NCBI GenBank assembly: GCA_963839975.1
Contig: CAWIXA010000002.1
Coordinates: 565,949 to 629,948 of the forward strand
Length of the DNA stretch: 64,000 nt
Direction: 5' to 3'
Origin: an uncultured Acidobacteriota bacterium
GTDB lineage: Bacteria; Acidobacteriota; Terriglobia; Terriglobales; Acidobacteriaceae
The translations under genes and the position numbers were made by a program. This document shows positions 1 to 10,242 of the stretch, piece after piece; position 1 is the stretch's first letter, and every line of letters starts with the position of its first letter. A model generated the notes under the pieces. The model was not told the origin of the DNA and ran no database searches. It saw only the letters and a program-made list of their open reading frames with translations.

Positions 1-424
1 CCTCGACCCGCCTGGGTTCAATCCAATGCGAACGAAAGGCGTGCAGTATCTCAGGTTGGGATTGTCCGGCGCCTACGACGGTGGCAACAATCTGGCCGAG
101 AGGGCCGCGGTAGATCGTCGCCCATCTCCTCATTTGCTGGTGAATCGATTCCAATCCCGGCCCGGTGGAGAATATCCGCAGTTCTGGTTCGACCGCGGAA
201 ACAAACGCGGCGATTACTAACTCCGCCTTGTTGGGCCACCACCGGTAAACCGTGGCCTTGCCCACACCGGCGCGGGCCGCAACTGATTCGATACTGAGTT
301 CATCGAACCCAACCCGCTTAAGCAGGGCCAAAGTGCTTCGCAACACCGCTTTGCGGGCTTTTTCGCTGCGGGGGCGGCCAGGCCGGCGGACCGTCACTGC
401 CGCGGCGAGTTTGGGTTTTGGCAT
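1..424 (-). CDS. TetR/AcrR-family transcriptional regulator (C-terminus runs off the window start)
   Basis: I translated the minus strand from the ATG at 424..422: MPKPKLAAAVTVRRPGRPRSEKARKAVLRSTLALLKRVGFDELSIESVAARAGVGKATVYRWWPNKAELVIAAF... This is the canonical TetR N-terminal HTH. The frame stays open to position 1, so it is missing from the ORF track. It is divergent from the RND operon. Confidence 0.85.
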   Translation of the reverse strand, partial: MPKPKLAAAVTVRRPGRPRSEKARKAVLRSTLALLKRVGFDELSIESVAARAGVGKATVYRWWPNKAELVIAAFVSAVEPELRIFSTGPGLESIHQQMRRWATIYRGPLGQIVATVVGAGQSQPEILHAFRSHWIEPRRVE

Positions 425-452
425 GACCCTGTCACCTTATCAAAAATAAATC

Positions 453-469
453 CGATACGCACCGTATCG
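453..469. promoter_or_regulatory. Candidate TetR operator: 7-bp inverted repeat CGATACG-cac-CGTATCG
   Basis: A perfect 7+3+7 palindrome lies in the 133-bp divergent intergenic region between the TetR gene (start 424) and the RND permease (start 558). A TATACT -10-like hexamer sits at 483..488. Confidence 0.4.
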
Positions 470-557
470 CATCTATTCTCTCTATACTGAAGTCGCGGCC
501 GCAAATAGCCCGTTTGGCCGGTTGCCAGTTCCTTAAACGAAGCCGAGTTCATCACTC

Positions 558-3500
558 ATGTGGATTGTTGCATTAGCGCTGCGCAGGCCCTACACCTTCA
601 TCGTGATGGCACTGCTGATCCTGATTCTCACTCCGGTGGTGGTGCTGCGCACGCCGACCGACATCTTCCCGGAAATCAACATCCCGGTCATCAGCATCGT
701 CTGGAATTACGGCGGGCTTTCGCCGAAGGACATGTCGGACCGAATCACCTCGCAGACGGAGCGAGGCCTCACCACGCTGGTGAACGACATTGAGCACATC
801 GAGTCGCAGTCGCTTAATGGGGTTGCGGTGATAAAGATCTTCTTTCGTCCGTCGGCGAATATTCAGACGGCGCTGGCACAGGTAACGGCGATATCGCAGA
901 CGGTCATTCGCGGCCTGCCTCCAGGCGCGACTCCGCCGCTGATCATTCAATATTCGGCGTCGAGCGTTCCGATTCTGCAAATCGGGATGAGCAGCAAGAC
1001 GCTTCCTGAACAACAGTTGAATGACTATGGCCTGAACTTTGTGCGGACGCAGTTGATTACGGTCGAGGGAGCGGCAATTCCCTACCCTTATGGCGGCAAG
1101 TCGAGATTGGTGTCAGTCGATCTCGACACCGTTGCTCTGCAGGCCAAGCATTTGACGCCGGTGGATGTGGTCAATGCGATCAGCGTGCAGAATTTGATTC
1201 TGCCGTCGGGCACGGTGAAACTGGGATCGCTTGAGAACCAGGTTGAGTTAAATGCCAGTCCGCAAACGATTGCTGAACTGAATGATTTGCCGATCAAGAC
1301 CGTAAACGGTGCGACCATCTATGTGCGCGATGTGGCACACGTGCGCGATGGTTATTCGCCGCAGACAAATATTGTGCGGCAAGATGGAGTCCGCGGAACG
1401 CTGCTGTCGGTAATGAAGAATGGCGGCGCGTCCACCATTAATGTGGTGAGAGATATTCGCGCGATGCTGCCGCAGGTGGCGCAAACCCTGCCCGAGGACA
1501 TGAAGCTGACGCCGCTGTTTGATCAGTCATTGTTTGTGCGGGCGGCGATTCAGGGAGTGCTGAAGGAGGCGGTGACCGCGGCTTGCCTGACTGCGGCGAT
1601 GATTCTACTTTTCCTGGGAAATTGGCGGACCACGCTGATTATCGCAATCTCGATTCCTCTTTCGATTCTTACTTCGGTGATCCTGTTGAGCGCGCTGGGC
1701 GAGACGTTCAACATCATGACTCTTGGTGGTCTGGCGCTGGCTGTGGGCGTACTGGTGGACGACGCCACGGTTGAACTGGAGAACATCGAACGCAATCTGG
1801 GGATGAAGAAAGAGTTAAAGCAAGCCATTCTGGATGGCGCGCAACAGATTGCAGTACCGGCATTTGTTTCCACACTTGCGATTTGCATTGTTTTCGTGCC
1901 GATGTTCTTTCTGACGGGAGTGGCGCGGTATCTGTTCGTGCCCATGGCGGAGGCGGTTGTGTTCGCCATGCTGGCTTCTTATTTGTTGTCGCGGACGCTG
2001 GTGCCGACGTTGGTCATGTATCTGCTGAAGGGACATGAAGAGGACACGCACCGCGAGCCAACAACTTTCTTGGGACGTATGCAGAAGCGGTTCGACAATT
2101 GGTTTGGGGAACTGCGGGAATCGTACCGCGGGCACGCTGGAAGCAATCATGGGGCATCGCGGCATGTTTGTGGCGACTTTCCTGGGGGTGTGCTTGCTAT
2201 CGGGGGGATTGACGTTTCTTCTGGGACGCGACTTCTTTCCGAATGTTGATGCGGGTCAATTCCGGCTTCACGTTCGCGGACGCGCGGGGTTGAGGATTGA
2301 GGAAACTGCGCGGCTGGTGGATGAAGTCGAGCAGGAAATCCGGCATCAGGTTCCCCAGTCGGAGATCCATACGGTGCTGGATAATATCGGGCTTCCCTAC
2401 AGCGGAATTAATCTTTCTTACAGCAATGGGGGAACGATTGGCACGTCTGATGCGGAGATTCTGGTGGCGTTGAATCCGGGGCACCGCCCAACGGAAGAGT
2501 ACGTTCGCAAGTTAAGAGACGAACTGCCGCAGGATTTTCCGGGCGTGGAATTCTTTTTTCAACCGGCGGACATCGTCAGCCAGATTCTGAACTTCGGGCA
2601 ACCGTCGCCGATTGATATCCAACTGTCGGGCCAGAATTACACCGCAAACTATGCGATTGCGCAGCAGATCGCAAACCGCATGCGGCATGTGCCGGGAGCA
2701 GTGGATGTGCATGTGCAGCAATTGATGGACAATCCAACGCTGCACCTGGATGTGGACCGGGTGCGAGCGCAGGAAGTTGGGTTGACGGAACGCGACGTGG
2801 CGCAGAACGTGCTGGTGTCGCTGAGTTCGAGCTTTCAGACTGCGCCGGCTTTCTGGGTGAATCCGAAAAATGGCGTCACTTACAGCGTGGCGGTACAGTC
2901 GCCGCAGTACAAGGTGGATACGTTGCAGGCCTTGATGAATACGCCGATCAGCGGCAGCGGAACGACGACTCCGCAGGTACTGGCGAATCTGGCGACCGCG
3001 ACTCCGGAAACCGCACCAGCGGTGGTGAGCCATTACAACATTGCGCCGACGGTAGATATCTATGCGAGTGTGGATGGCCGAGATCTGGGAGGAGTCGCCG
3101 ACGACACGGCAGCGCTCCTGAAGCCGTTTTCACAGCACCTGCCGCGCGGCACGCAGTTGCATGTTCGCGGCCAGGTCGAAACCATGCAGTCGTCATATGC
3201 GGGATTGCTGATCGGGCTGGCAATGTCGATCGTGCTGGTGTATCTGCTGATTGTGGTCAATTTTCAGTCATGGCTGGATCCTTTCATCATTATTACGGCC
3301 CTTCCGGGAGCACTGGCTGGGATTCTCTGGATTCTGTTCCTGACCCATACCACGTTGAGCGTGCCGGCGCTGACCGGAGCGGTGATGTGCATGGGCGTGG
3401 CCACGGCCAACAGCATTCTGCTGATTTCGTTTGCGCGCGAACGCATGGCGGCGGGCGCGGACCCGGTGCGGGCGGCGCTCGAAGCCGGCTACACGCGCAT

Positions 3501-3723
3501 GCGTCCGGTAATCATGACGGCCCTGGCCATGATTCTTGGCATGTTGCCCATGGCGCTGGGATTCGGTGAAGGCGGCGAGCAGAATGCTCCGTTGGGTAGA
3601 GCGGTGATCGGCGGACTGACGGTGGCGACCGTGGCGACTCTGTTTTTTGTTCCCGTGGTGTTCAGCATCTTTCACGGTTGGCGGCTGAAGCGTGCTTCGT
3701 CGTCATCGCCGGCAATATCCTGA
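558..3723 (+). pseudogene. RND efflux permease (AcrB/HAE-type), split by an apparent 1-nt frameshift near 2125-2135
   Basis: ORFs 558..2249 and 2035..3723 are the two halves of one ~1050-aa RND permease. The N-terminus is MWIVALALRRPYTFIVMALLILIL. The C-terminal half carries typical TM10-12 sequence, ALPGALAGILWILFLTHTTLSVPALTGAVMCMGVATANSILL. The junction reads ...WFGELRESYRG (ends 2132) then TLEAIMGHRGMFVATFLGV (from 2134), leaving one extra base in cgcgggcacg. Confidence 0.85.
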
Positions 3724-3748
3724 GTTTATTTTTGAGTGAGGCTTAAAT

Positions 3749-4951
3749 ATGGCTTATGAAAATGGCGTGATTTCCCCAGCGGAAACACGAGCGTCGGAGC
3801 AATCTGCGAGGGCGCAGAAGAAACCAAGCTATCTGGTGCTGGTAGTGGTCGGGGTATTGCTGCTTGCGGCGGGCGTGGTGACGCTGGTGGCGCGACTGGG
3901 AGAGCGCCGCGCGCTGGCCAAGGAAACTGAAACTCTGGCGGTGCCGAGCGTGCTGGTGATTCAGCCCAAGATCGAGCCGCCGCAGGAGGATTTGGTGCTT
4001 CCCTCTACGCTCCAAGCCTATATTGAATCGCCGATTTACGCCCGCACCAACGGTTATCTGGCGCATTGGTTCAAAGACATTGGAAGTCACGTGCAAAAAG
4101 GGGAGTTGCTGGCGGATATTGAGACTCCAGAAGTCGATCAGGAATTGATGCAAGCGCGGGCGGCACGGAATCAGGCGGAAGCACAGCTCAATCTGGCGAA
4201 GACCTCAGCTGAGCGCTGGGACACGCTGCGCAAGATGGACGCAGTGGCACAGCAGGAAGCCGATGAGCGGTCGAGCGGCTACACCCAGGCGCAGGCGGCA
4301 CTTGCATCAGCGACGGCCAACGTGCGGCGGCTGGAGCAGTTGGAGTCGTTCAAGCATATTTATGCGCCGTTCTCTGGAGTCATTACGAAACGCAACACCG
4401 ATATCGGCGCATTGATCAATGCCGGGAACAGCGGAACCAATCAGGAGCTGTTTGTGATGGCGCAGATCAATCCAATCCGCGTTTATGTGGATGTCCCGGA
4501 AAACGATGCGCCTTCGGTTCGCGCACATCTGAAAGCGTCGATCGAATTGCCGGCGTTTCCGGGGCGGCATTTCTCCGGCAGCGTGGCGCGGACGGCGGAC
4601 GCCATTGACCCCACCTCGCGCACTTTGCGCACTGAGATTGATGTGCCGAACCCCGATGGCCAGCTATTGCCGGGTTCCTACGCTCAGGTGCACTTTGGGG
4701 TGAAGGCGACGGCAACACGAATGTCGGTGCCAGTGAATGCGCTGCTGTTTCGTGCGGAAGGGCCGCGGGCGGCGGTGGTGGGCAGCGACGGCAAAGTGCA
4801 CCTGAAGGCTGTGGTGATTGGGCGTGACTACGGTACGGAGGTGGAAATCCTGAGCGGGATTGATCCCAGCGAGAACATCGTTCTGAATCCCAGCGATTCG
4901 CTGGAGGATGGACAGACCGTGCATGTGGCGAAAACAGGCGGACGCTCATGA
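3749..4951 (+). CDS. RND periplasmic adaptor (membrane fusion protein, HlyD/AcrA family)
   Basis: This 400-aa ORF has an N-terminal TM anchor (LVLVVVGVLLLAAGVVTLV). It has a coiled-coil hairpin (QARAARNQAEAQLNLAKTSAERW...ANVRRLEQL) and a beta-barrel motif (IYAPFSGVITKRNTDIGALI). The RBS gagtgagg lies upstream, and the stop overlaps the next ATG (ATGA). Confidence 0.85.
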   Translation: MAYENGVISPAETRASEQSARAQKKPSYLVLVVVGVLLLAAGVVTLVARLGERRALAKETETLAVPSVLVIQPKIEPPQEDLVLPSTLQAYIESPIYARTNGYLAHWFKDIGSHVQKGELLADIETPEVDQELMQARAARNQAEAQLNLAKTSAERWDTLRKMDAVAQQEADERSSGYTQAQAALASATANVRRLEQLESFKHIYAPFSGVITKRNTDIGALINAGNSGTNQELFVMAQINPIRVYVDVPENDAPSVRAHLKASIELPAFPGRHFSGSVARTADAIDPTSRTLRTEIDVPNPDGQLLPGSYAQVHFGVKATATRMSVPVNALLFRAEGPRAAVVGSDGKVHLKAVVIGRDYGTEVEILSGIDPSENIVLNPSDSLEDGQTVHVAKTGGRS

Positions 4952-6433
4952 GATTTCGGTTGCCTTGGGCGGCGGCTTCTTTGTGCTGGGTTGCGACACT
5001 AAGTGTCGCGGCGTTTGCCGGCGGGCCAAAGTACACAAAACCGGACGCACCCGTACCCGCAGAATTGGCAGTCGCCGGTGCCGTGGCAAATTGCGAGTCC
5101 GCTCGATGCGCTTCCGAAGAACGCGTGGTGGAAACTTTTTGGCGATCCCGAGCTCGACCAGTATGAAGACCGGGCGATGGGTAGCAATCAGACGCTGAAA
5201 GCCGCGACTTCGCGTCTGGCTGAGGCGCGGGCGTTTGCCAGAGTGACCTCGTCGGGCCTGTATCCGGAGTTGGACGCGGGGGCAAACGGACAGAGAGAAA
5301 GGCTGTCGGCAAACCGGCCGACGAATGGCGCGAGGCTCGTCCCAAACGCGGTCACGCAGAATGTTTTCAATATCCCATTCACGCTGAATTACGAGATTGA
5401 TTTGTTTGGGCGGGTGCGGCACAGCCTGGAGGCGGCCAACGCATCGTTGCAGGCCTCGGCTGCCGATCTGGAAAATGTGCGACTGATGGTCACCTCAGAG
5501 CTGGCAGCGGATTATTTTCAGTTGCGCGAGCTGGACGCTGAGATGGCGGTGGTGCAGAAGGCAATTGACTTCGAGAAAGAGGGACTGCAGTTAGTCGAGA
5601 ACCGGCACAACGGCGGAGCGGTATCCGGCCTGGATGTTGCGCAGCAGCAGACGGTGCTCGATTCCTCGTACACGCAACTGGCATTGCTGCAACAGCAACG
5701 CGCTCAGTTCGAACATGCGGTGGCGGCGTTGCAGGGGTTACCGGCGTCGGAATTCAAGGCTCCGGTTCGCGGGTTGGATGTGCAGCCGCCGGTGATTCCG
5801 GTCGCGGTTCCCTCCGAGTTGATTCAACGGCGTCCGGACATCGCGACGGCGGAACGCGAAGTGTCTGCGGCGAATGCGCAAATCGGAGTGGCGAAATCTG
5901 CGTTTTATCCCAGCCTTTCTCTGGGCGGCACTGGTTTCGGGTTTCAAAGCCAGGACATCGCCAAACTGGTGGACGCGCCGAGCGCGGTGTGGTCCGTCGG
6001 ATTGTCGCTGTTGGAGCCAGTGATTGCGGGAGGCCGCAACCGCGCGCAATTAGCGAACGCCAGGGCAGCCTACGACGAAAATGTTGCGAACTACCGCGAG
6101 TCGGTGTTAGTGGCGTTCCAGCAGGTTGAAGACGCGATTTCTGGACTCAACGCTCTGGCGAGCGCGTCCGACTCGCAACAACGCACCGTGGGCGATGCGG
6201 AGCGTACGTTGACACTGGCGAATGCACGTTACACCGGAGGCTTGGTCACGTACCTCGACGTGATCACGGCACAAGAGCAAGTCCTCACCAACGAACGCCT
6301 CTCGACTCAGATTCAGGGACAACGGCTGGTCACGTCAGTTTTGTTGGTGAAGGCGCTGGGCGGAGGCTGGGACAGTTCCAGCATCGCGGCAGTCGGCGTC
6401 AAACCCAGCCTGAAGCAGGCATTGCAACAATAG
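4948..6433 (+). pseudogene. Efflux outer-membrane factor (NodT/OprM/TolC family) with an apparent N-terminal frameshift near 5045-5065
   Basis: ORF 5003..6433 shows OMF hallmarks (NAWWKLFGDPELD, RPDIATAEREV, GGWDSS). It lacks a signal peptide. The signal peptide (MRFRLPWAAASLCWVATLSVAAFAGGPKYTKPDAPVP) is in ORF 4948..5166, one frame away. That ORF's ATG is translationally coupled (ATGA) to the adaptor stop. Confidence 0.8.
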
Positions 6434-6564
6434 GCGCGTCGGCGTTCTGAACCGTTCCTGCGTGTTATATACTTCGCTAACGAGGGCACTCTTCCGCTCA
6501 CGGCGCGGGGAAAGCCAGCACGGAAGAGTCAGTTTCTGCAACACCGCTCATTCAGTCTGAGGAC

Positions 6565-9500
6565 TTGGCTTCATTGGAATATCCCATGGAAGGACGCGAT
6601 CCATTCCGTCCTGACGACGACCTGGCGACCGTAGCCGACGCTGGGACTGCTGTACGGGCCCCCTCCGATCCCGCCGGTGCCAGGCCAAGCTCTTCCAACC
6701 CTGAGTTGGAAATGGCGACGATGGAGTTCGGCCCCGATACTCCTACACTGTTGGGGGCCGCTCCGAGAGTCGCCCCCGCTTCGAATTTTGCGTCGGGCAA
6801 TCAGTCGCTCCTGCTTCCGGGATCTGTTCTGGGACAACGTTATGAAATCCTGCAGGTGCTGGGGCAAGGCGGGATGGGTGCGGTCTATAAAGCAGTTGAT
6901 CGCGAAGTCAGCCGCACCGTTGCTTTGAAAGTGATCCGCCCCGACCTCGCGGCAAATTCCTCGATCATTGACCGGTTCAAGCAGGAACTTGTCCTTTCGC
7001 ACCAGGTGACCCACAAAAATGTGGTGCGCATTTACGACATCGGTGAAGCCGATGGTGTGAAGTTCATCACCATGGAATACATCGAGGGCAAGGACCTGCG
7101 CACGCTGATCCTGGAAAAAAAGACGTTTCCGCAGGGCGAAGCGGTGGAAACGATGGTGCAGATTTGCCGCGCCCTGGAAGCCACTCACGCGGTGGGAGTG
7201 ATTCATCGTGACCTGAAACCCCAAAACATCATGCGCGACAACCAGGGGCGCGTGGTGGTGATGGACTTTGGACTGGCGCGCACGATCGATAGCACCGACG
7301 GCATGACGCAAACCGGCGCGGTGGTGGGAACGATGGAGTACATGTCGCCGGAGCAAGGGCTGGGCAAGACGCTCGACGAGCGCTCGGATTTGTACGCCGC
7401 GGGATTGATTTTTTACGAGTTGCTGACCGGCAAGATGCCGTACAAGGCCGACAGCGCGTTGGCCAGTCTGTTGAAGCGGACTCAGGAACGCGCGGTGCCG
7501 GTTTCGCAACACGACGCCAGCATTCCGCGCTCGTTGAGCAATATGGTGGCGAAGTGCCTGGAACCGAATGTCGAACATCGCTATCAGAAGGTGACCGAGG
7601 TCCTGGCCGACCTGGAAGCGTGGCAAGGTAAGAGCGCGGCGGCCACCCTCGGCTTTGAAGCTTCGGTAGGGCCATGGGGGCGCACTATTCCGTGGCCGGC
7701 GATCGGGATCGGGGCCGCGGTTCTGGTGCTGGCGGTGGCCGGATACTTACTGCGCGACAAGTTCCGCTCGGAAAAGGGACCTGTTGGGCCACAGATTTCG
7801 CTTGCCATTCTGCCGTTGCGGAACGCATCGGGAGACGCTTCACTCGACTGGATGGGAAAGAGCTTAGGGGAAATGCTGCGAACTGACATCGGGCAGGCGG
7901 AGAACGTGCATACTGTCGCGCCGGAACGCTTGCACCAGATTTTGACTGATCTGCGAATTTCTGCCGACACGGAACTCGACGCCGCCGCCATCAAGCAGAT
8001 TGCTGAGTTTACCAACGCCGACCAGGTCGTTTGGGGCGAGTACGTCAAGCTGGGAGACCAGATCCGGATTGATGCGCAGTTGGAAAATTTGAAAACAGGG
8101 CGAACGATTCCGATCAAGGCCGAAGCGCCGACCCAGAAGGATCTGATTAAGGCGGTCGATCAGTTGGCGAAGTCTGTCCAGGAGAACCTGACGCTCTCTC
8201 CGAAAGCTCTGGAACAGATGAAGGCGGCTGCTTTTACGCCCTCGTCCCAGTCCGTGGACGCCTTACGGGCCTACAGCGAGGGGCTCGAGCTTTCGCGCCA
8301 GAACAATCAATTGGAAGCGGTCAAGAAATTCGAAGCTGCAACCGCGGCTGATCCTAACTTCGCTCTCGCATACACCAGATTAGCGCAGGCCTACTCGACG
8401 CTCGGTTACGGCCCAAAGGCCGAGCAATATTCGAATAAAGCGGTTGATCTCGACGCCAACCTGCCGCCCGCCGAGAGGTACATGATTGAAGCCGCGGGCG
8501 CCCGCATTCAAAACAATTTTGCTAAAGCGCTGGAAGCCTACGACAACCTGGGCAAACTGATGCCGCAGGATCCCCAAGTCTGGTCGGAGATGGCAGCGTT
8601 ATACAAGGCACAGGGGGCCTACGACAAATCCTTTGAATACTATTCCAAAGTGCTCGCCAGCGACCCGAAAAATGTCGACGCTCTGCTGGCCATTGGGGGG
8701 GTTGAAATTGAACGCGACAATACTCAAGGGTCCTTCGACTACTTGAACCGCGCGCTTAGTCTTGCTGTCGAGCAAGGGAATCAACAAGGCAAGGCAAATG
8801 CCCTGAAGACCATCGGGACGGCGTACCGCCTGACCAACAAGCCGGATGACGCGCTGCAAAATCTTCAGCAGGCGTTGGATATTCAAAAGCAGATCGGCGA
8901 TCAAGGTGGCATGGCGTTCAGCCTCCGTCAGATGGCGGACACATACGTTCTAAAGGGTAAGCCCGACGAAGCCGCTAAAAATTACCAGGCGGCCCTGAAG
9001 CTCCAGACTCAACTCGGGAACCAGGTCGGGCTCGGGGGCGTGCTGTTGAACTACGGCAATCTTCTGGAATCTCAGGGGAAATATGACCAGGCGCTAGACA
9101 TCACCAAGCAGGCATTGCAGATCGAATTGCAATTGGGCGATGAAGACACTCAGGGCATATGCCTGAACAATATCGGAAATCTCTATATTGAGCAGGGCCA
9201 CTACGATGACGCCCTCACCTATTTCCAGCGCAGTCTCGATTTGCAGCAGAAGCTGAAAGTGTCCACCGATATCGCAAGGTCTTTGAACAACATTGGCGAA
9301 ACTTATTTGAAGCTCGGCAAGCTCGATCAAGCGTTGGAGAATTATCTCCATGCCCTGGAGGTGTCGCGAAATGCCGGCGACAAGTTTCTGGTGGCCGAAG
9401 CCTCCGATGGCATGGCTGCCCTGTTTGTGCTTCAAGGCAGAAACGGCGCCGCACTCAGCGCACAGCAGGATGCGCTCAAGAACATGCAAGATATGCAGCG

Positions 9501-10176
9501 GCAAGACGTCGATTCCGCTGAAATTCAGGCGCATTATGGTCTGATACTCGCCCTAATCGGGCATTTTGACGACGCGCAGAAGAACCTCGACTCGGCGCTG
9601 ACGCTTGCGCGCTCCTTGCACAACGATCCTCTTATTGGCACCATCCTCAATCTGCAAGGCGAGCGCCTCGTTTACCAGGGAGATTTCGCTGCCGCACGGC
9701 CTCTCTTCGACCAGGCCCTCCAACTCGCTTCTCGCCGGAAGGACAGCAGTGAGAGCTTACAGATCAAATTCAACGAAGCCCGTCTCGCAATCTCTTCCGG
9801 ACGCGCGGCCACCGCCATCAGCAGTCTCAAAGACTTGGTGAAAACCGCCGATGGCGCAAACCAGCGCTACCTCTCCCTGGAATGCTCGCTATATCTCGGC
9901 GTCGCGTTGGCGCAGTCAAAAAGCTTCGCGCCGGCAAGGCAGGAACTGGAAAACGTTTTGCGCAAAGCACAAGATCAAGGATTAAAGTCATTGCAACCGC
10001 AAGCACAGTACTGGCTGGCCGTGGTACTTCGCAGCAGCGGTAGCAAATCAGAAGCAGCCGATCATTTTCAGCAAGCGCAGAAGTTACTGCAAGAAATGCG
10101 AAATGAGTCCCACAGCGACGATCTGCCAAAGAGAGAAGACCTCAAGCTGATCGCTCAAGAAGCCAAAGCCTCATAA
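6565..10176 (+). CDS. Membrane Ser/Thr protein kinase with a periplasmic domain and a long TPR array
   Basis: The 1203-aa ORF has Hanks kinase motifs: GQGGMGAVYKA, ALKVI, HRDLKPQNIM, DFGLAR, GTMEYMSPEQ. One TM helix follows (WPAIGIGAAVLVLAVAGYLL), then many TPR-like repeats. The start is either TTG 6565 or ATG 6586. Confidence 0.95.
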   Translation: MASLEYPMEGRDPFRPDDDLATVADAGTAVRAPSDPAGARPSSSNPELEMATMEFGPDTPTLLGAAPRVAPASNFASGNQSLLLPGSVLGQRYEILQVLGQGGMGAVYKAVDREVSRTVALKVIRPDLAANSSIIDRFKQELVLSHQVTHKNVVRIYDIGEADGVKFITMEYIEGKDLRTLILEKKTFPQGEAVETMVQICRALEATHAVGVIHRDLKPQNIMRDNQGRVVVMDFGLARTIDSTDGMTQTGAVVGTMEYMSPEQGLGKTLDERSDLYAAGLIFYELLTGKMPYKADSALASLLKRTQERAVPVSQHDASIPRSLSNMVAKCLEPNVEHRYQKVTEVLADLEAWQGKSAAATLGFEASVGPWGRTIPWPAIGIGAAVLVLAVAGYLLRDKFRSEKGPVGPQISLAILPLRNASGDASLDWMGKSLGEMLRTDIGQAENVHTVAPERLHQILTDLRISADTELDAAAIKQIAEFTNADQVVWGEYVKLGDQIRIDAQLENLKTGRTIPIKAEAPTQKDLIKAVDQLAKSVQENLTLSPKALEQMKAAAFTPSSQSVDALRAYSEGLELSRQNNQLEAVKKFEAATAADPNFALAYTRLAQAYSTLGYGPKAEQYSNKAVDLDANLPPAERYMIEAAGARIQNNFAKALEAYDNLGKLMPQDPQVWSEMAALYKAQGAYDKSFEYYSKVLASDPKNVDALLAIGGVEIERDNTQGSFDYLNRALSLAVEQGNQQGKANALKTIGTAYRLTNKPDDALQNLQQALDIQKQIGDQGGMAFSLRQMADTYVLKGKPDEAAKNYQAALKLQTQLGNQVGLGGVLLNYGNLLESQGKYDQALDITKQALQIELQLGDEDTQGICLNNIGNLYIEQGHYDDALTYFQRSLDLQQKLKVSTDIARSLNNIGETYLKLGKLDQALENYLHALEVSRNAGDKFLVAEASDGMAALFVLQGRNGAALSAQQDALKNMQDMQRQDVDSAEIQAHYGLILALIGHFDDAQKNLDSALTLARSLHNDPLIGTILNLQGERLVYQGDFAAARPLFDQALQLASRRKDSSESLQIKFNEARLAISSGRAATAISSLKDLVKTADGANQRYLSLECSLYLGVALAQSKSFAPARQELENVLRKAQDQGLKSLQPQAQYWLAVVLRSSGSKSEAADHFQQAQKLLQEMRNESHSDDLPKREDLKLIAQEAKAS

Positions 10177-10197
10177 ATTTGATCCCCCAATGAAAAA

Positions 10198-10219
10198 GGG
10201 CGAGCCATCAGGCCCGCCC
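10198..10219. terminator. GC-rich hairpin between convergent genes (probable terminator, best on the minus strand)
   Basis: GGGCGAGCC-atca-GGCCCGCCC forms a 9-bp stem with one mismatch. On the minus strand it is followed by TTTTTCATTGGGGG. It lies between the kinase stop (10176) and the stop of the minus-strand gene (10243). Confidence 0.45.
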
Positions 10220-10242
10220 AGTCTCAGCAACTTTCTTCGAGG

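Noticed and set aside
14-24. A GGGTTCAATCC string resembling a tRNA T-arm.
   Set aside because: It lies inside the TetR coding frame. No complementary T-stem, acceptor stem or anticodon arm can be drawn around it.
6571-7626. Long antisense ORFs opposite real genes, for example 6571..7626(-), 15499..16359(-), 18733..19692(-), 19563..20519(-), 47197..48027(+), 4467..5345(-) and 26604..27374(-).
   Set aside because: These are typical shadow ORFs of GC-rich DNA. Their translations are Arg/Pro/Gly/His-rich low-complexity sequence with no motifs. The opposite strand carries clear family signatures.
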